Shown piece after piece: positions 62,765-64,000 of a DNA stretch of 64,000 nt; the first letter of the stretch is position 1; every line of letters begins with the position of its first letter. The notes under the pieces are model-generated. The model was not told the DNA's origin. It worked only from the letters and a program-made list of their open reading frames with translations, and ran no database searches. The DNA comes from Escherichia coli (GTDB taxonomy: Bacteria > Pseudomonadota > Gammaproteobacteria > Enterobacterales > Enterobacteriaceae), in the NCBI RefSeq assembly GCF_022846255.1, contig NZ_AP025682.1; one strand, 5' to 3'. The position numbers were made by a program, and so were the translations under genes.

Positions 62765-64000
62765 CGCTGGATACGCTTAATGTGATGCTGGCCGTCAGCG
62801 AAGAGGGATTGATCGAAGAGATGATCATCGCGCTGCTGGCCTCACCGCAGCTGGCAGTCTTCTTTGAAAAATTCCCACGACTGAAGGCGGCAATCACTGA
62901 TGATGTTCCCCGCTGGCGTGAGGCGCTGCGCAGTCGGCTGAAAGATGCCCGAGTCCCGCCGGAACTCACCGAAGAGGTGATGTGCTATCAGCAAAGCCAG
63001 CTCCTCTCCACGCCGCAGTTTATTGTGCAGCTACCACAGATCCTGGACTTACTGCAGCGTCTGAATTCCCCATGGGCAGAACAAGCCCGACAGTTGGTTG
63101 ATGCTAACAGCACGATCACTTCAGCGTTACACACGCTTTTTCTCCAGCGTTGGCGTTTAAGTCTGATCGTGCAAGCAACGACGTTAAATCAACAGCTATT
63201 AGAAGAAGAACGCGAACAACTGTTGAGTGAAGTTCAGGAACGCATGACGCTGAGCGGACAACTTGAACCGATTCTCGCAGATAACAATACCGCAGCTGGT
63301 CGTCTGTGGGATATGAGCGCCGGTCAGCTTAAACGTGGCGACTATCAGTTGATTGTGAAATACGGTGAATTTCTTAACGAACAGCCGGAACTGAAACGCC
63401 TGGCAGAACAGCTGGGGCGTTCCCGGGAAGCCAAATCAATACCGCGCAACGATGCGCAGATGGAAACCTTCCGCACCCTGGTGCGCGAACCGGCGACGGT
63501 TCCTGAGCAGGTTGATGGTCTGCAACAAAGCGATGATATTTTACGTCTCCTGCCGCCAGAACTGGCGACACTAGGGATAACAGAACTGGAGTATGAGTTT
63601 TACCGTCGGCTGGTGGAAAAACAGTTGCTCACCTATCGCCTGCACGGTGAGTCATGGCGAGAAAAAGTGATCGAACGTCCGGTGGTACATAAAGATTACG
63701 ACGAACAGCCGCGCGGACCGTTTATTGTCTGTGTGGATACTTCCGGCTCAATGGGCGGCTTTAATGAACAGTGTGCGAAAGCGTTCTGCCTGGCCTTGAT
63801 GCGCATTGCTCTCGCTGAAAACCGGCGCTGCTATATTATGCTATTTTCCACCGAGATCGTCCGTTATGAGCTTTCAGGCCCACAAGGCATCGAACAAGCA
63901 ATCCGTTTTTTAAGCCAGCAGTTTCGTGGCGGCACCGATCTGGCCAGTTGTTTTCGCGCCATTATGGAACGCTTGCAAAGCCGGGAATGGTTTGATGCCG
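62758..64000 (+). CDS. viaA: VWA-domain protein ViaA, 5' portion (runs off window end)
   Basis: ATG at 62758 overlaps ravA stop (ATGCTAA); translation [31 protein letters not shown]... continues without a stop to 64000; von Willebrand MIDAS motif DTSGSM near the end. Confidence 0.9.
   Translation, partial: MLTLDTLNVMLAVSEEGLIEEMIIALLASPQLAVFFEKFPRLKAAITDDVPRWREALRSRLKDARVPPELTEEVMCYQQSQLLSTPQFIVQLPQILDLLQRLNSPWAEQARQLVDANSTITSALHTLFLQRWRLSLIVQATTLNQQLLEEEREQLLSEVQERMTLSGQLEPILADNNTAAGRLWDMSAGQLKRGDYQLIVKYGEFLNEQPELKRLAEQLGRSREAKSIPRNDAQMETFRTLVREPATVPEQVDGLQQSDDILRLLPPELATLGITELEYEFYRRLVEKQLLTYRLHGESWREKVIERPVVHKDYDEQPRGPFIVCVDTSGSMGGFNEQCAKAFCLALMRIALAENRRCYIMLFSTEIVRYELSGPQGIEQAIRFLSQQFRGGTDLASCFRAIMERLQSREWFDA

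Overview
This window is a conserved Escherichia coli core-chromosome segment (the cyaA–hemCDXY–aslAB–wec–rho–ilv–rrnC–rbs–kup–ravA region), read in the opposite orientation to the usual K-12 map. I found no mobile element, CRISPR array, prophage or unfamiliar gene cluster: every intergenic gap is short and is accounted for by known promoters, terminators, leader peptides, tRNAs or the sRNA glmZ. I therefore do not see a previously undescribed system here. All identifications rest on reading the sequence and the ORF track against recalled E. coli proteins and RNAs; no database search was possible.

Content, left to right:
- cyaA (5' part, TTG start), then hemC, hemD, hemX, hemY.
- glmZ sRNA, aslA, aslB.
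- The proM–leuT–hisR–argX tRNA operon and yifK.
- The 12-gene enterobacterial common antigen cluster, wecG through wecA.
- rho with its leader rhoL, trxA, rhlB, gppA, rep, ppiC.
- ilvC, ilvY and the ilvLXGMEDA operon with its attenuator.
- comM, maoP, hdfR.
- A complete rrnC-type rRNA operon (16S, tRNA-Glu, 23S, 5S, tRNA-Asp, tRNA-Trp) with P1/P2 promoters.
- yieP, hsrA, rbsR, the rbsDACBK operon, kup, ravA and the start of viaA.

Points worth a second look:
- rbsB carries an in-frame TAG stop at about codon 116 of 296; every other rbs gene is intact.
- hemX ends in an 11-unit (CCTGCA) tandem repeat encoding (Pro-Ala)11, a likely length-variable tract.
- ilvG is an uninterrupted 548-codon ORF, so the source is not a standard K-12 (ilvG frameshift) background.
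- hsrA and rbsR overlap convergently by 35 bp.
- A perfect 20-bp palindrome sits in the rbsD 5' UTR (probable RbsR operator).
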